Assembly: GCA_023410595.1 (NCBI GenBank)
Contig: JAEYPO010000038.1
Location: 18,220 to 82,219, forward strand
Length of the DNA: 64,000 nucleotides
DNA from: Bacillota bacterium
GTDB lineage: Bacteria; Bacillota; Clostridia; Christensenellales; SZUA-584
Direction of reading: 5' to 3'
The translations under genes were made by a program, and so were the position numbers. Every line of letters starts with the position of its first letter. The first letter of the stretch is position 1. Shown here one piece after another: positions 27,271 through 38,852 of the stretch. The notes beneath the pieces were generated by a model that saw only the letters and a program-made list of their open reading frames with translations, ran no database searches and was not told where the DNA came from.

Positions 27271-28209
27271 TTATTCCTCTTTCTTGGTGTAATTAGGCGA
27301 AATGATGCCCAGCAGCTTGCTGTCCAGCTGCTCCGCGGTTATCTGCCCCATAGATTTGAGTCTGAAATTCATCGCGGCGACCTCTATGATTATGGCGAGG
27401 TTCCTGCCGGGGCGAACGGGTATCGTTATCGTAGGTATCTGGACCCCCAGCAGCGGTATGAATTCATCCGTTATGCCGAGCCTGTCTATATTCGTGACGT
27501 CTCCCGGCTCAAGCTTTACGGCAAGATCTATGGACTCTTCGATAAGCACTGCGCCTATTCCGTACAGTGTGCGCACGTCTATTATTCCAAGTCCCCTTAT
27601 CTCCATCATGTGGCGTATTATCTCGGGAGCCTGTCCTATAAGCTGATTGTCAGAGAGCTTTGTTATCTCGACGACGTCGTCCGCCACGAGCCGGTGGCCT
27701 CGTTTAACGAGCTCGAGCGAGGTCTCGCTTTTGCCTACGCCCGAATCTCCAAGCAGCAGTATGCCCACGCCGTATATGTCCATAAGGCCCGCGTGCCTTG
27801 TAATGCTGGGGGAGAGCACTTTATCAAGATACACCGTAGTCTTGTGGCTGAGCTTGGTGGTCGTAAGCCCGGACATTAGTATAGGCGTGCCGTATTTTTT
27901 TGCCGCCTCAAGCATTTCGGGGGGCGGCGTCAGATTGCGGCCTATGAGTACGCAAGGCACCTTGCTTTTAAAATACTTGTCGAGCCGTTCAATTTTAAGC
28001 TCCGGGTCGAGATTTTGCAGGTATGTCATCTCCACCATGCCAAAAAGCTGTATACGATTGACGGCGAAGTATTCAAAAAACCCGGCCATCTGCAGCCCCG
28101 GACGGTTTAAGTCCGACGTATCGACATATACGTCCTCTGCGTCGCCTTTATAAAGTATGCTTAAATTCAGATCTTTCGCAAGTTTGTCGATATTCAGTTT
28201 TGTTTTCAA
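27271..28209 (-). CDS. hprK: HPr kinase/phosphorylase
   Basis: GVGILLLGDSGVGKSETSLELVKRGHRLVADD Walker A/signature, IIRHMMEIRGLGIIDV. Confidence 0.95.
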   Translation of the reverse strand: MKTKLNIDKLAKDLNLSILYKGDAEDVYVDTSDLNRPGLQMAGFFEYFAVNRIQLFGMVEMTYLQNLDPELKIERLDKYFKSKVPCVLIGRNLTPPPEMLEAAKKYGTPILMSGLTTTKLSHKTTVYLDKVLSPSITRHAGLMDIYGVGILLLGDSGVGKSETSLELVKRGHRLVADDVVEITKLSDNQLIGQAPEIIRHMMEIRGLGIIDVRTLYGIGAVLIEESIDLAVKLEPGDVTNIDRLGITDEFIPLLGVQIPTITIPVRPGRNLAIIIEVAAMNFRLKSMGQITAEQLDSKLLGIISPNYTKKEE

Positions 28210-28211
28210 GG

Positions 28212-29003
28212 CTATGCCTCCAGTATATATTTATATATAACATCAGCCACGCCGCCTTCGTCGTTGGACGCGCAGACTATGTCGGCGGCTTGCTTTGCCC
28301 CGGCGTCTCCGTTTTCTACCGCCACGCCCAGACCGGCATATTTTAACATGGGTATGTCTATTTCAGTGTCGCCTATCGCAATGGTTTCATTTCGTTTAAC
28401 GCCGTATTGGTCTGCTACATATTCAAGCGCGCTGCCTTTGTTGACTCCCGCGTCCTGAAATTCAAGAAACGTTGAGTACGAACGTACTATGGTAAGCTGC
28501 GGGAACTCCTTTTCAACATCTTCCCGAACACCGCGCAGTATATCTTCGCTTGCAAAATACAGCACCTTAGGCGTTATCAGCTCGCGCTCTAAAAGGTCGG
28601 GCACGACTATGCCGGTATAACCGGCACGCTGCTCGTAAGCGTCGGTAAAGCTGTTTCTCTCACGAAAAACGATATCCCCGTTTACATATACATTTGCATG
28701 TATGCCCCTGCTGTACGCGAATTCCAGCAGCCGTTTTGCGATGTGCGGGTCAAGATTTTTTGTATACAAAGCGTTGCCCGCTCCGTCGAAGATTTCTGCG
28801 CCGCCCGTTGTTATAAGAAGTGAATCAAGCCCCAGGTCGTCGTAGAACCTTTGGGCGCCCTTCTGTGTCCTGCCCGTGCAAAGCACTACGATTATACCTT
28901 TTGTTACAGCCTTTTCTATAGCAGCACTTGCTCTATCGTTTATGCTCCCGTCATGTGTAAGCAGCGTATCATCCAAATCTATAGCTATCAGTTTGTATGC
29001 CAT
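28212..29003 (-). CDS. Cof-type HAD-IIB family hydrolase
   Basis: IAIDLDDTLL motif I, LCTGR motif II, AIGDTEIDIPML motif IV. Start at the ATG behind GGGGAG. Confidence 0.85.
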   Translation of the reverse strand: MAYKLIAIDLDDTLLTHDGSINDRASAAIEKAVTKGIIVVLCTGRTQKGAQRFYDDLGLDSLLITTGGAEIFDGAGNALYTKNLDPHIAKRLLEFAYSRGIHANVYVNGDIVFRERNSFTDAYEQRAGYTGIVVPDLLERELITPKVLYFASEDILRGVREDVEKEFPQLTIVRSYSTFLEFQDAGVNKGSALEYVADQYGVKRNETIAIGDTEIDIPMLKYAGLGVAVENGDAGAKQAADIVCASNDEGGVADVIYKYILEA

Positions 29004-29310
29004 TAATTTCTCCCCGTGCAAAGTTGTCTATGCTATTATACAATTATGCATAAGATTTGAAAATACTAAAAAATGAACGGGCAGATATTATGGCGAAAAA
29101 GTATATAAAAATGACATGAAACTGCAGAATAAGAGCATGCAAAGACTGTTTTTTGCTGTGATATACGACAATGCTATGTACAAAGTATTACAAAACTGTT
29201 ATACTGGTCGTATCCTGTTTATGCATAAGCCCCGTAAACAAAGGCTTTGGGGCATACGGCCTCATAAGTATATTGGGGCTATAATCAAGACGTTTGAGGG
29301 GATGTAGAAG

Positions 29311-30711
29311 TTGAAAAAGATTACATCTGTTTGTTTAGTTTTATTTATGGTGCTCGGTATGTTTGCGGGCACGGCACTGGCGGCGGCGCCGGCTTATACG
29401 GGAGAGATTGACCCAGATTTCGCAGTTATGCTCATTGATGCGGATTCGGGCAGAGTTTTACATCAACAACATGAAAACGACCCTATTAAACCTGCAAGCA
29501 CAACTAAAATAATGACGTGCCTTGTTGCTTTAGAGCATTATTCTACACTGAGCGATAAGGTAACTATACCGCCAGAAGGAGATTGGACAAACAAGTCCAA
29601 TAATTTTTCCAAGCTCCATACGCGAAATGGTGAAGAAATGACCGTTAAAGACCTGCTTTACGGTATGATGCTTGCGTCGGGAGATGACGCAGCAGATGCA
29701 ATCGCAATACTTGTGGCTGGGTCTATATCGGGCTTTGTCGATATGATGAACGCAAAGGCGCAGGAACTGGGCATGACGTCTACGCATTTTGCTAACGCGG
29801 GCGGGCTTGATAAAGAAGACCCCACTGTAACCGTTGCCGACATGGCAAAGCTCTCGATGAATGCAATGAAAAATCCTGATTTCAGGGACATCGTTAAAAC
29901 GTTCTCATATCAAATGGAAGAGACAAACAAACAAAAGTCAAGGATAGTAGAGAATACAAATGTGCTTCTTGACCCTGAAAGCAATTATTATTATGAAAAT
30001 TGTACCGGCATTAAAACAGGTTCTACACCAAAAGCTGGTGGGTGTATTGTTTCCGCCGCTTCAAAGAACGGAATGAATCTAATATGCCTGGTTTATGGCG
30101 AAAGCCCGTCGTCTAACACTGAGAGATGGAAAACTTCTAAAGCCCTTTACGAATGGGGATTTGAGAATTATTCTACGATAGACGTCGCTCCGCTGCTCGA
30201 GGCCGCCGACCCCGTGCAGGTGCAGGTGGAGAATTACTCAGCTGAGGATTCGGGAAAAGGCATGCTCGAATTTAAAAAGCCGGAGGCGGGAACCACATTC
30301 GTAACGCTGGATAAAACGACGGCCGACGGCCTTTTAAACGGCACGGATAAGCTTGTGCCGACGCCCACATATAACGCGGAGCTTCCGCTTCAGGCGCCTG
30401 TTAAGAAAGACGACGTGCTGGGAACCGTTACCTACAGCAGCGAGGCTACGGGAGAGGTGGTCTGTACGCTCGACCTTATTGCCTCAAGGGAAATTGCCGA
30501 GGCAGGAACGGTGAGCGGCGAGACAGCGGTAACAACGCTGCCGCCTACGCCTCCCAAAAAAGACCCGGGGCAGGGCGGCGGCTCGGTGTGGTACTGGCTT
30601 ATCATTCCCGTAGGGCTAGTAGCGTTCCTTGTTGTACGGCTCATAACGACTAAAAGGAGCAAGCGGTTTAAAAAGCGCACCCGGCCGCACTACAGCTACA
30701 GGATAAAATAA
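29311..30711 (+). CDS. D-alanyl-D-alanine carboxypeptidase (S11, PBP5-like) with C-terminal TM anchor
   Basis: Signal peptide, PASTTKIMT (SxxK), ASGDDAA (SxN-like), IKTGST (KTG). C-terminal hydrophobic anchor plus basic tail. TTG start behind GAGGGGA. Confidence 0.85.
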   Translation: MKKITSVCLVLFMVLGMFAGTALAAAPAYTGEIDPDFAVMLIDADSGRVLHQQHENDPIKPASTTKIMTCLVALEHYSTLSDKVTIPPEGDWTNKSNNFSKLHTRNGEEMTVKDLLYGMMLASGDDAADAIAILVAGSISGFVDMMNAKAQELGMTSTHFANAGGLDKEDPTVTVADMAKLSMNAMKNPDFRDIVKTFSYQMEETNKQKSRIVENTNVLLDPESNYYYENCTGIKTGSTPKAGGCIVSAASKNGMNLICLVYGESPSSNTERWKTSKALYEWGFENYSTIDVAPLLEAADPVQVQVENYSAEDSGKGMLEFKKPEAGTTFVTLDKTTADGLLNGTDKLVPTPTYNAELPLQAPVKKDDVLGTVTYSSEATGEVVCTLDLIASREIAEAGTVSGETAVTTLPPTPPKKDPGQGGGSVWYWLIIPVGLVAFLVVRLITTKRSKRFKKRTRPHYSYRIK

Positions 30712-30720
30712 AGTGAAAAT

Positions 30721-30946
30721 AAAAACCGCTGAAAAGCGGTTTTTTTAGTCCGATGACAAACTCACGTTTGTCATTCCGAGCTGTAGGCGAGGAATCTTAA
30801 AAAAGCTATAAACAGAAAAGATTCTTCGGCTGCTCCGCTCCCTCTGAATGACCCATGGGTACTTTGTCATTAACATCCTAAAAAGCCTCACGACTTCTTC
30901 GGGATTTCGATGTCAATAAAAAAACCGCTTGAAAAAGCGGTCTTTT
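30721..30946. repeat. Hairpin-bracketed intergenic insert, copy 3 (chimeric)
   Basis: AAAAACCGCTgaaaAGCGGTTTTTTT (30721..30746) and AAAAAAACCGCTtgaaaaAGCGGTCTTTTT (30918..30946) bracket a 171-nt insert. The insert opens with CCGATGACAAAC..CGTTTGTCAT, like copies 1 and 2, and carries a reverse GNRA-hairpin unit at 30882..30909. Confidence 0.7.
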
Positions 30947-30968
30947 TATCTGCATGATAAAAGTTCTG

Positions 30969-33401
30969 TTATGATATGAACGACTTGTACGCGGATACGA
31001 CATAGTCGCCGAGCACGGCCATCACGGCGGGGCTTCCCTTTGAAGTCCTTACCGAGCGCTCCAGCTGTTCGGTAGAGAGGTCGAAAGTCTGGCCGGACTT
31101 AAGCGCGACTGCTATACTGCACGGCTCGGATACCGGGAACGCCGCGGCTATGTAAGTGCCCGTCGCCCCGTTTTTCTGAATCGCCATAGTGATGACGCCT
31201 TTGCCGCCCCTGTGCTGCGTTTCAAAATTATACACGCGCGTCAGCTTCGCGTATCCGAGCTCGGTGAATATTGCGATGTCGTCCTGCTCATTTATCGGCG
31301 AGGCCATCACGACGCTGTCTTCCTTGCCAAGAGTTATACCCTTAACGCCCTTTGCCGACCGCCCCATTGAAGAAACGTCGGGGGAGGAAAAACGTATGGC
31401 CATACCCGCCTTTGAAACTATGAGCCAGTCGCTTTCGCCTTTCAGCAGGTTTACGGAGATTATGCTGTCGCCCTCCGCAAGCCCGCACGCGACTATCTTT
31501 TTGTTGCGGACGTCGTATTCGGCAAGCGCTGTCCTCTTGATAAGCCCGTTTTTTGTAGCGAAAAACACGTCTCCCTCAGAGTAATCGTCCACAGAAAAGA
31601 TGCCGACTATGCTTTCCTGTTTGTTAATGCCGGCAAGTATAGCCCCTAAAGGCTTGCCTTTGTCTTTGGGCTTGCACTCGGGGATATCCTGTACGGGCAG
31701 CGAATACAGGTTGCCAAGATTAGTGAAAATCTGTACGCGCCTGTCCGTAGCGGAAGGTACGATGCACCTCAAAGGGTCGCCCTCGGCCACGGCCTGCGCG
31801 GATTTCTGGTACGACTTCTGGTTTACCCGCTTCAAGAAGTCGCTTTGCGTAAGCATTATTACGCATTCCTCGACGGATTTATACTCTTCCTCGTTTATCT
31901 CTATCTTGTGGTCGGCTTCCAGTATCGTCGTCCTGCGATTGTCGCCGTACTTCTCCTTAATCTCCGTAAGCTCGTTTATTATTACTTTTAGTAGCTTCTG
32001 CTCGGACGCAAGTATCGCTTCCAGCCTCGCTATCGTCTCAAGTATAAACGCATATTCTTTTTGCAGCGCCTCAATTTCCAGCGCGGTTAAACGGGCAAGC
32101 CGCATGTCGAGTATGGCCTGCGCCTGTATCTGAGTGAGCCCGAAGCGCGCCATAAGTTTTGTGCCCGCCTCCTTGGGAGAAGACGAGCTCTTTATTATCC
32201 GTATGACCTCGTCTATGTTCTGTACCGCTATTATGAGGCCTTTTAATATGTGTTCGCGCTGCTTTGCCCGCTCGAGGTCGAACCTGGTGCGGCGCGTGAC
32301 GACGTCCTTCTGGAACGCTATATAGTGGTCTATTATGCTTAATATCGAGAGCTGCTTTGGCTGGCCGTCCGCTATGCACACCATGTTTATGCCAAAAGTA
32401 GTCTGCATATCGGAATACTTGTAAAGGCAGTTAAGTATCTTCTTCGGATCGTAGTCTTTGCGAACCTCTATTACCGCGCGTATGCCCGTGCGATCCGACT
32501 CGTCGCGTATATCGGAAACGCCCGCGAACATCTCCTTTTTCTGTTCCGTTATCTGCAGTATCTTCTCAAGCATCGCGGCCTTGTTGACCTGATACGGCAT
32601 CTCGGTTATTACGATCTTCGTCTTGCCGTTGGCGCTCTTTTCTATATTCGTCTTGGCGCGCAGCGTTATCTTTCCGCGTCCCGTTTCATATGCGGTTCTC
32701 AATTCCTCAAGGTTGAGCATATAGCCGCCGGTGGGGAAGTCCGGCCCTTTTATGTGCTCCATAAGCTCATCGAGCGTTAGCCGAGGGTTCTTGATGCGCG
32801 CCACTACGCCATCAATTACTTCGCCTAAGTTGTGCGGCGGTATGTTAGTGGCAAGGCCGACCGCTATGCCCGTAGCGCCGTTGACGAGCAGGTTGGGAAA
32901 GCGCGCGGGCAGCATGTCCGGTTCTTTCAATGTGTCGTCGAAGTTGAACGAAAAACGTACGGTATCTTTCTGTATATGCGCGAGCATCTCCATAGCTATG
33001 GGGGAGAGACGCGCTTCGGTATAGCGCATGGCCGCGGCGGAGTCGCCGTCCATACTGCCGAAATTTCCGTGCCCCGAAACGAGCGGCGCCCTCATCACAA
33101 AATCCTGCGCCATGCGTACCATGGCGTCGTATACGGCGGTGTCGCCGTGAGGATGGTACTTGCCTAAAGTATCGCCCACTATCCTTGCGGATTTCCTGTG
33201 CGGTTTGTCGGGCGTAAGCCCCAGCTCAAGCATTGTATAGAGTATCCTGCGCTGCACTGGCTTTAATCCGTCTTCGACGCGCGGCAGCGCCCTGTCCATG
33301 ATGACGTATTCCGCAAACGGTATCATGGAGTCGTGCATCATATCGCTCATCGAGATGGGAGTGATTTCGCTGTTTACGACCTCGTTCTTGTTACTGGGCA
33401 C
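30969..33401 (-). CDS. Type IIA topoisomerase subunit A (GyrA/ParC family; ParC-like features)
   Basis: [51 protein letters not shown] (active-site Tyr), beta-pinwheel CTD. No QRRGGKG-type box in the first CTD blade. Not in a dnaA/recF context. Confidence 0.85.
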   Translation of the reverse strand: MPSNKNEVVNSEITPISMSDMMHDSMIPFAEYVIMDRALPRVEDGLKPVQRRILYTMLELGLTPDKPHRKSARIVGDTLGKYHPHGDTAVYDAMVRMAQDFVMRAPLVSGHGNFGSMDGDSAAAMRYTEARLSPIAMEMLAHIQKDTVRFSFNFDDTLKEPDMLPARFPNLLVNGATGIAVGLATNIPPHNLGEVIDGVVARIKNPRLTLDELMEHIKGPDFPTGGYMLNLEELRTAYETGRGKITLRAKTNIEKSANGKTKIVITEMPYQVNKAAMLEKILQITEQKKEMFAGVSDIRDESDRTGIRAVIEVRKDYDPKKILNCLYKYSDMQTTFGINMVCIADGQPKQLSILSIIDHYIAFQKDVVTRRTRFDLERAKQREHILKGLIIAVQNIDEVIRIIKSSSSPKEAGTKLMARFGLTQIQAQAILDMRLARLTALEIEALQKEYAFILETIARLEAILASEQKLLKVIINELTEIKEKYGDNRRTTILEADHKIEINEEEYKSVEECVIMLTQSDFLKRVNQKSYQKSAQAVAEGDPLRCIVPSATDRRVQIFTNLGNLYSLPVQDIPECKPKDKGKPLGAILAGINKQESIVGIFSVDDYSEGDVFFATKNGLIKRTALAEYDVRNKKIVACGLAEGDSIISVNLLKGESDWLIVSKAGMAIRFSSPDVSSMGRSAKGVKGITLGKEDSVVMASPINEQDDIAIFTELGYAKLTRVYNFETQHRGGKGVITMAIQKNGATGTYIAAAFPVSEPCSIAVALKSGQTFDLSTEQLERSVRTSKGSPAVMAVLGDYVVSAYKSFIS

Positions 33402-35361
33402 GTTCCATCACCTTCTCTTTAAAAAAACTGTCCTCTTTGTTGAAATTCGCATGCTCGGATATATAGAGCTTTCTCGGTTCCGGCTTGTCGCCCATTAAAA
33501 GCGTAACGAGATGCTCGGCTTCCGCCAAGTCGTCTAGCTCCACGCGGTAAAGCTTTCTTACCGCCGGGTTCATAGTGGTCTCCCAGAGCTGTTCGGGGTT
33601 CATCTCTCCTAAGCCCTTGTAGCGCTGCACATTGGCATCCTTGCCCAACGCCTCCTGCGCCGCCTTTAGCTCGGCGTCCGTGTATGCGTATATGGATTTT
33701 GTGCCCTTGTATACCCTGTAAAGCGGCGGCCGGCCTATATAGATATGCCCCGACGTCAGCAGATCCCGGAAATAACGGTAGAAGAACGTCAGCAGTATGG
33801 CGCGTATATGAGCGCCGTCCTGGTCCGCGTCCGCGAGTATTATTACCTTGTGGTAGTTAAGCGAGCTCTCGTCATAAACGCCGTCAAATCCGGTGCCGAG
33901 CGCCGTTATAATAGAGCGGAACTCCTCGTTTTCTATGACCTGGTCAAGCCTCTTCTTTTCCACGTTGAGCGGCTTGCCGCGCAAGGGGAGTATTGCCTGA
34001 AAGCGGCGGTCGCGCCCCTGCTTCGCGCTGCCGCCCGCGCTGTCGCCCTCGACTATGAAAAGCTCATTTTTCTCGGCGTCCCTGCCCGTGCAGCTTGACA
34101 GCTTGCCCACCAGCGGAGCTCCCTCAAGCTTGCTGCGCTGACGCTCGAGTTTTTTAGCCTTTGTGGCCGCTTCGCGCGCCTTGGCTGCTTTTATTGCCTT
34201 GCCTACAAGCTCGGTTGCCATGGCGGTGTTGTTAAGGTCCGCCAGGAACAGCGAAAGCTTGTCCTGAACGATGCTCTCCACAACAGTTTTAACTTCGGTG
34301 TTCCCGAGCTTTGCCTTAGTCTGGCCCTCAAATTGCGCGTCCTTCATTTTAATGCTTATTATGGCGGAGAGGCCCTCGCGGTAGTCGTCGCCCGATAGGT
34401 TGTCCTCCTTTTCCTTGAGCAGTCCCGCCTGACGCGCGTACTCGTTCATAACCTTCGTGTGCGCTGTCTTAAAGCCCACTACATGCGTTCCGCCGTCAGC
34501 TGTCTGTATATTGTTGACGAACGAGAGTATGTTTTCGTTGTACGTGTCGTTATATTGAAGGGAAATCTCAACCCTTACGTCGCCCTTTTCTCCGTCAAAA
34601 TATATGGGTGTTTTATGCAGCACCGTCTTGTCTTCGTTGAGATATTGCACAAAATCGATTATGCCGCCCTGATAATCGAACACGGCTTTCCTGGCCTTGC
34701 CGTCCTTTTTCTGACGCTCGTCGGTAAGCGTTATCTTCACGCCCTTTGTGAGGTACGAAATCACCCTGAGGTGCGAGGCGACGGTGTCGTAGTTCATCGC
34801 TATAGTTTCAAACACCCTGTCGTCGGGCAGAAACGTTATCTTCGTACCGCGGTTTTTCGTTACACCCGTTTCCTCAAGCCGCGAAACGGGCCGGCCGCTC
34901 TCTATCTTGCCATTCTTCAAAAAGCTCTTGAAATTTTGCTCGTATGTCTTGCCGTTTAAATATACCGTGACCGAAAGCCAGCGGGAAAGCGCGTTGACTA
35001 CGGAAGCTCCTACGCCGTGCAGCCCGCCTGAGTACGTGTACGCGTCGTTGTTGAACTTGCCTCCCGCATGGAGCTGTGTGAACACGACCTCGACGCCCGA
35101 GACCTTAAGCTCGGGATGGATGCCTACGGGTATGCCCCTGCCGTTATCTTCGACCGTAACGGAATTGTCTTCGTGCAGCGTTACGTTTATTCTGTCCGCG
35201 AACCCATTTGCAGCCTCGTCTACCGCGTTGTCGACTAACTCCCATAACAGATGGTGAAGCCCTTTAGGGCCGGTGGAGCCGATGTACATGCCCGGGCGCT
35301 TGCGTACGGCGTCAAGCCCTTCGAGAACCTGAATGTCGCTTGCGCTGTATTCCTTGGCCAT
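33391..35361 (-). CDS. Type IIA topoisomerase subunit B (GyrB/ParE family)
   Basis: [71 protein letters not shown] (Toprim). Overlaps subunit A by 11 nt. Confidence 0.9.
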   Translation of the reverse strand: MAKEYSASDIQVLEGLDAVRKRPGMYIGSTGPKGLHHLLWELVDNAVDEAANGFADRINVTLHEDNSVTVEDNGRGIPVGIHPELKVSGVEVVFTQLHAGGKFNNDAYTYSGGLHGVGASVVNALSRWLSVTVYLNGKTYEQNFKSFLKNGKIESGRPVSRLEETGVTKNRGTKITFLPDDRVFETIAMNYDTVASHLRVISYLTKGVKITLTDERQKKDGKARKAVFDYQGGIIDFVQYLNEDKTVLHKTPIYFDGEKGDVRVEISLQYNDTYNENILSFVNNIQTADGGTHVVGFKTAHTKVMNEYARQAGLLKEKEDNLSGDDYREGLSAIISIKMKDAQFEGQTKAKLGNTEVKTVVESIVQDKLSLFLADLNNTAMATELVGKAIKAAKAREAATKAKKLERQRSKLEGAPLVGKLSSCTGRDAEKNELFIVEGDSAGGSAKQGRDRRFQAILPLRGKPLNVEKKRLDQVIENEEFRSIITALGTGFDGVYDESSLNYHKVIILADADQDGAHIRAILLTFFYRYFRDLLTSGHIYIGRPPLYRVYKGTKSIYAYTDAELKAAQEALGKDANVQRYKGLGEMNPEQLWETTMNPAVRKLYRVELDDLAEAEHLVTLLMGDKPEPRKLYISEHANFNKEDSFFKEKVMERAQ

Positions 35362-35448
35362 ATGTCCTCCCTTTTCCGCATAACAAAATATGGTGTGTAA
35401 TGAAAATCACACACACATTATATATTTCCACATTATTTTTATCAATAC

Positions 35449-35910
35449 TTAAGTGGAACCATTACATTTGAATTGTATCAGTTTTACGCCCGCTTCCTCG
35501 AATATCTCGTGTGAAAAATCGTCCGGATAGGGTTTAGCATAGACGACTCGTCTTATACCGGCGTTCACTATCATCTTGGAGCATATAACGCACGGCTGAT
35601 GCGTACAATACAGCGTTGCGCCTTCAATGCTCACTCCGAGCTTCGCCGCCTGTATAATGGCGTTCTGCTCAGCGTGAATAGCAAAGCAGAGCTCGTGCTG
35701 TTTGCCGGAAGGGATATTCAGCTTTTGCCGCAGGCACTCGCCTCGTTCCTTGCAGCTCTTGACTCCTGCTGGAGCGCCGTTGTAGCCGGTTGTCAATATA
35801 CGCTTGTTCTTTACTATGATCGCGCCGATATTCCTGTTATCCTTAAAACAGCTTGACCATTTGGATATGGTTTCGGTGAGATCCATAAAACGCTTGTCCC
35901 ATTTATCCAT
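35449..35910 (-). CDS. comEB: dCMP deaminase (ComEB family)
   Basis: HAEQNAI and PCVICSKMIVNAGI zinc-binding motifs; WDKRFMDLTETISKWSSC start is typical. Confidence 0.9.
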   Translation of the reverse strand: MDKWDKRFMDLTETISKWSSCFKDNRNIGAIIVKNKRILTTGYNGAPAGVKSCKERGECLRQKLNIPSGKQHELCFAIHAEQNAIIQAAKLGVSIEGATLYCTHQPCVICSKMIVNAGIRRVVYAKPYPDDFSHEIFEEAGVKLIQFKCNGST

Positions 35911-36143
35911 ATGCATACCCCTACCCTTGATTTTTGTACCGTATTAAATTCCACGCCAAATGGAAAAAGTCCTGCCATACTTAGGGAATTATTATCGTCG
36001 ATATTGAAAACAGGAGCATTTTAGTTATTCCCGTAGATATCAGAAGAATTCCCATGATAATCCGATTTATGTGAATATGATGAAAGTTATCGGGGGAAAA
36101 TAAGGTTTGCCATCATATCCCTAATATATTATATTTATAGCTG

Positions 36144-36170
36144 TTAGCACTCGACCAGAGCGAGTGCTAA
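36144..36170 (+). promoter_or_regulatory. CIRCE operator (HrcA binding site)
   Basis: TTAGCACTC-gaccagagc-GAGTGCTAA is a perfect match to TTAGCACTC-N9-GAGTGCTAA, 56 nt upstream of groES. Confidence 0.92.
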
Positions 36171-36222
36171 CAAAATTCAAAGATTAACGATTATAAATAA
36201 CTAAATTTAAGGAGGTTTCTGA

Positions 36223-36510
<288 letters not shown>

Positions 36511-36514
36511 GTAA

Positions 36515-38158
<1,644 letters not shown>

Positions 38159-38175
38159 TATAAATTTCGCAGAAG

Positions 38176-38203
38176 GCGCAATCCGAACGGGTTGCGCTTT
38201 TTA
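38176..38203 (+). terminator. Intrinsic terminator of groESL
   Basis: GCGCAATCCgaaCGGGTTGCGCTTTTT. Confidence 0.8.
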
Positions 38204-38207
38204 CATA

Positions 38208-38645
38208 TCAGGATGTGGGTATTGGTTTCTCTATTGTAACACCTAAACGTGAAGGGAATTCATAGTTTTTCTTATGCGTAAAATTCAGTAATTTGATGGT
38301 TCCGTCATAGTATACAAAGTATTCGACCTCATCATAACCGACAGGATAATGCGGCCCTATAACCGGTTCTATGCCGAATTTGATATAATACCCATAGTTA
38401 TATCCATACTTACTCTTTTTTAAGCTGATAATTTTTCCTGAATAATTATAGACAAGCGGGTTATCTGATAAGTATTCAGAATAAAAATCATCGGACGCTT
38501 TCTGAAGTTCCGGTGTGAATACAGTAAATATTAATTCTCTTTGTAAGTTTAATTCTTTTGAAAATATTGTACAAGTAATAGTAATAGCACATAAGGCTAA
38601 TACAAATGTTATTACAATAAAAATAATTATATTCTTCTTTTTCAT
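38208..38645 (-). CDS. Small membrane-anchored/secreted protein, unknown function (possibly DUF3888-like), in an AT-rich islet
   Basis: 145 aa; MKKKNIIIFIVITFVLALCAITITC signal/anchor; Tyr/Gly-rich body (KYGYNYGYYIKFGIEPVIGPHYPVGYDEVEY). Local GC is far below the flanks. Confidence 0.5.
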   Translation of the reverse strand: MKKKNIIIFIVITFVLALCAITITCTIFSKELNLQRELIFTVFTPELQKASDDFYSEYLSDNPLVYNYSGKIISLKKSKYGYNYGYYIKFGIEPVIGPHYPVGYDEVEYFVYYDGTIKLLNFTHKKNYEFPSRLGVTIEKPIPTS

Positions 38646-38852
38646 TTATGACTCCGAAAACATATCTGCGTATTATTTATATGAAAGAGTATTCTCAATT
38701 ATGATTTTAGAGACATTCCTGAAATGATACTGTCTCGCTCAGGAAAAATAACAGCCTGCTCATTTGTTGCAAACGGTAAGAGCGCAGATATATAATTAGA
38801 CAAATAATAGCATAGCGCCTGAATTCAAAAGTCATACATAAAGGAGCACATT

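Noticed and set aside
27100-27879. 259-aa plus-strand ORF over glucokinase/hprK
   Set aside because: It is antisense to two well-supported genes, and no motifs are present.
30969-35361. Calling the pair gyrA/gyrB outright
   Set aside because: ParC-like wording in subunit A, lack of a GyrA box in the first CTD blade, and non-origin context make the gyrase assignment unsafe. I left the gene symbols empty.
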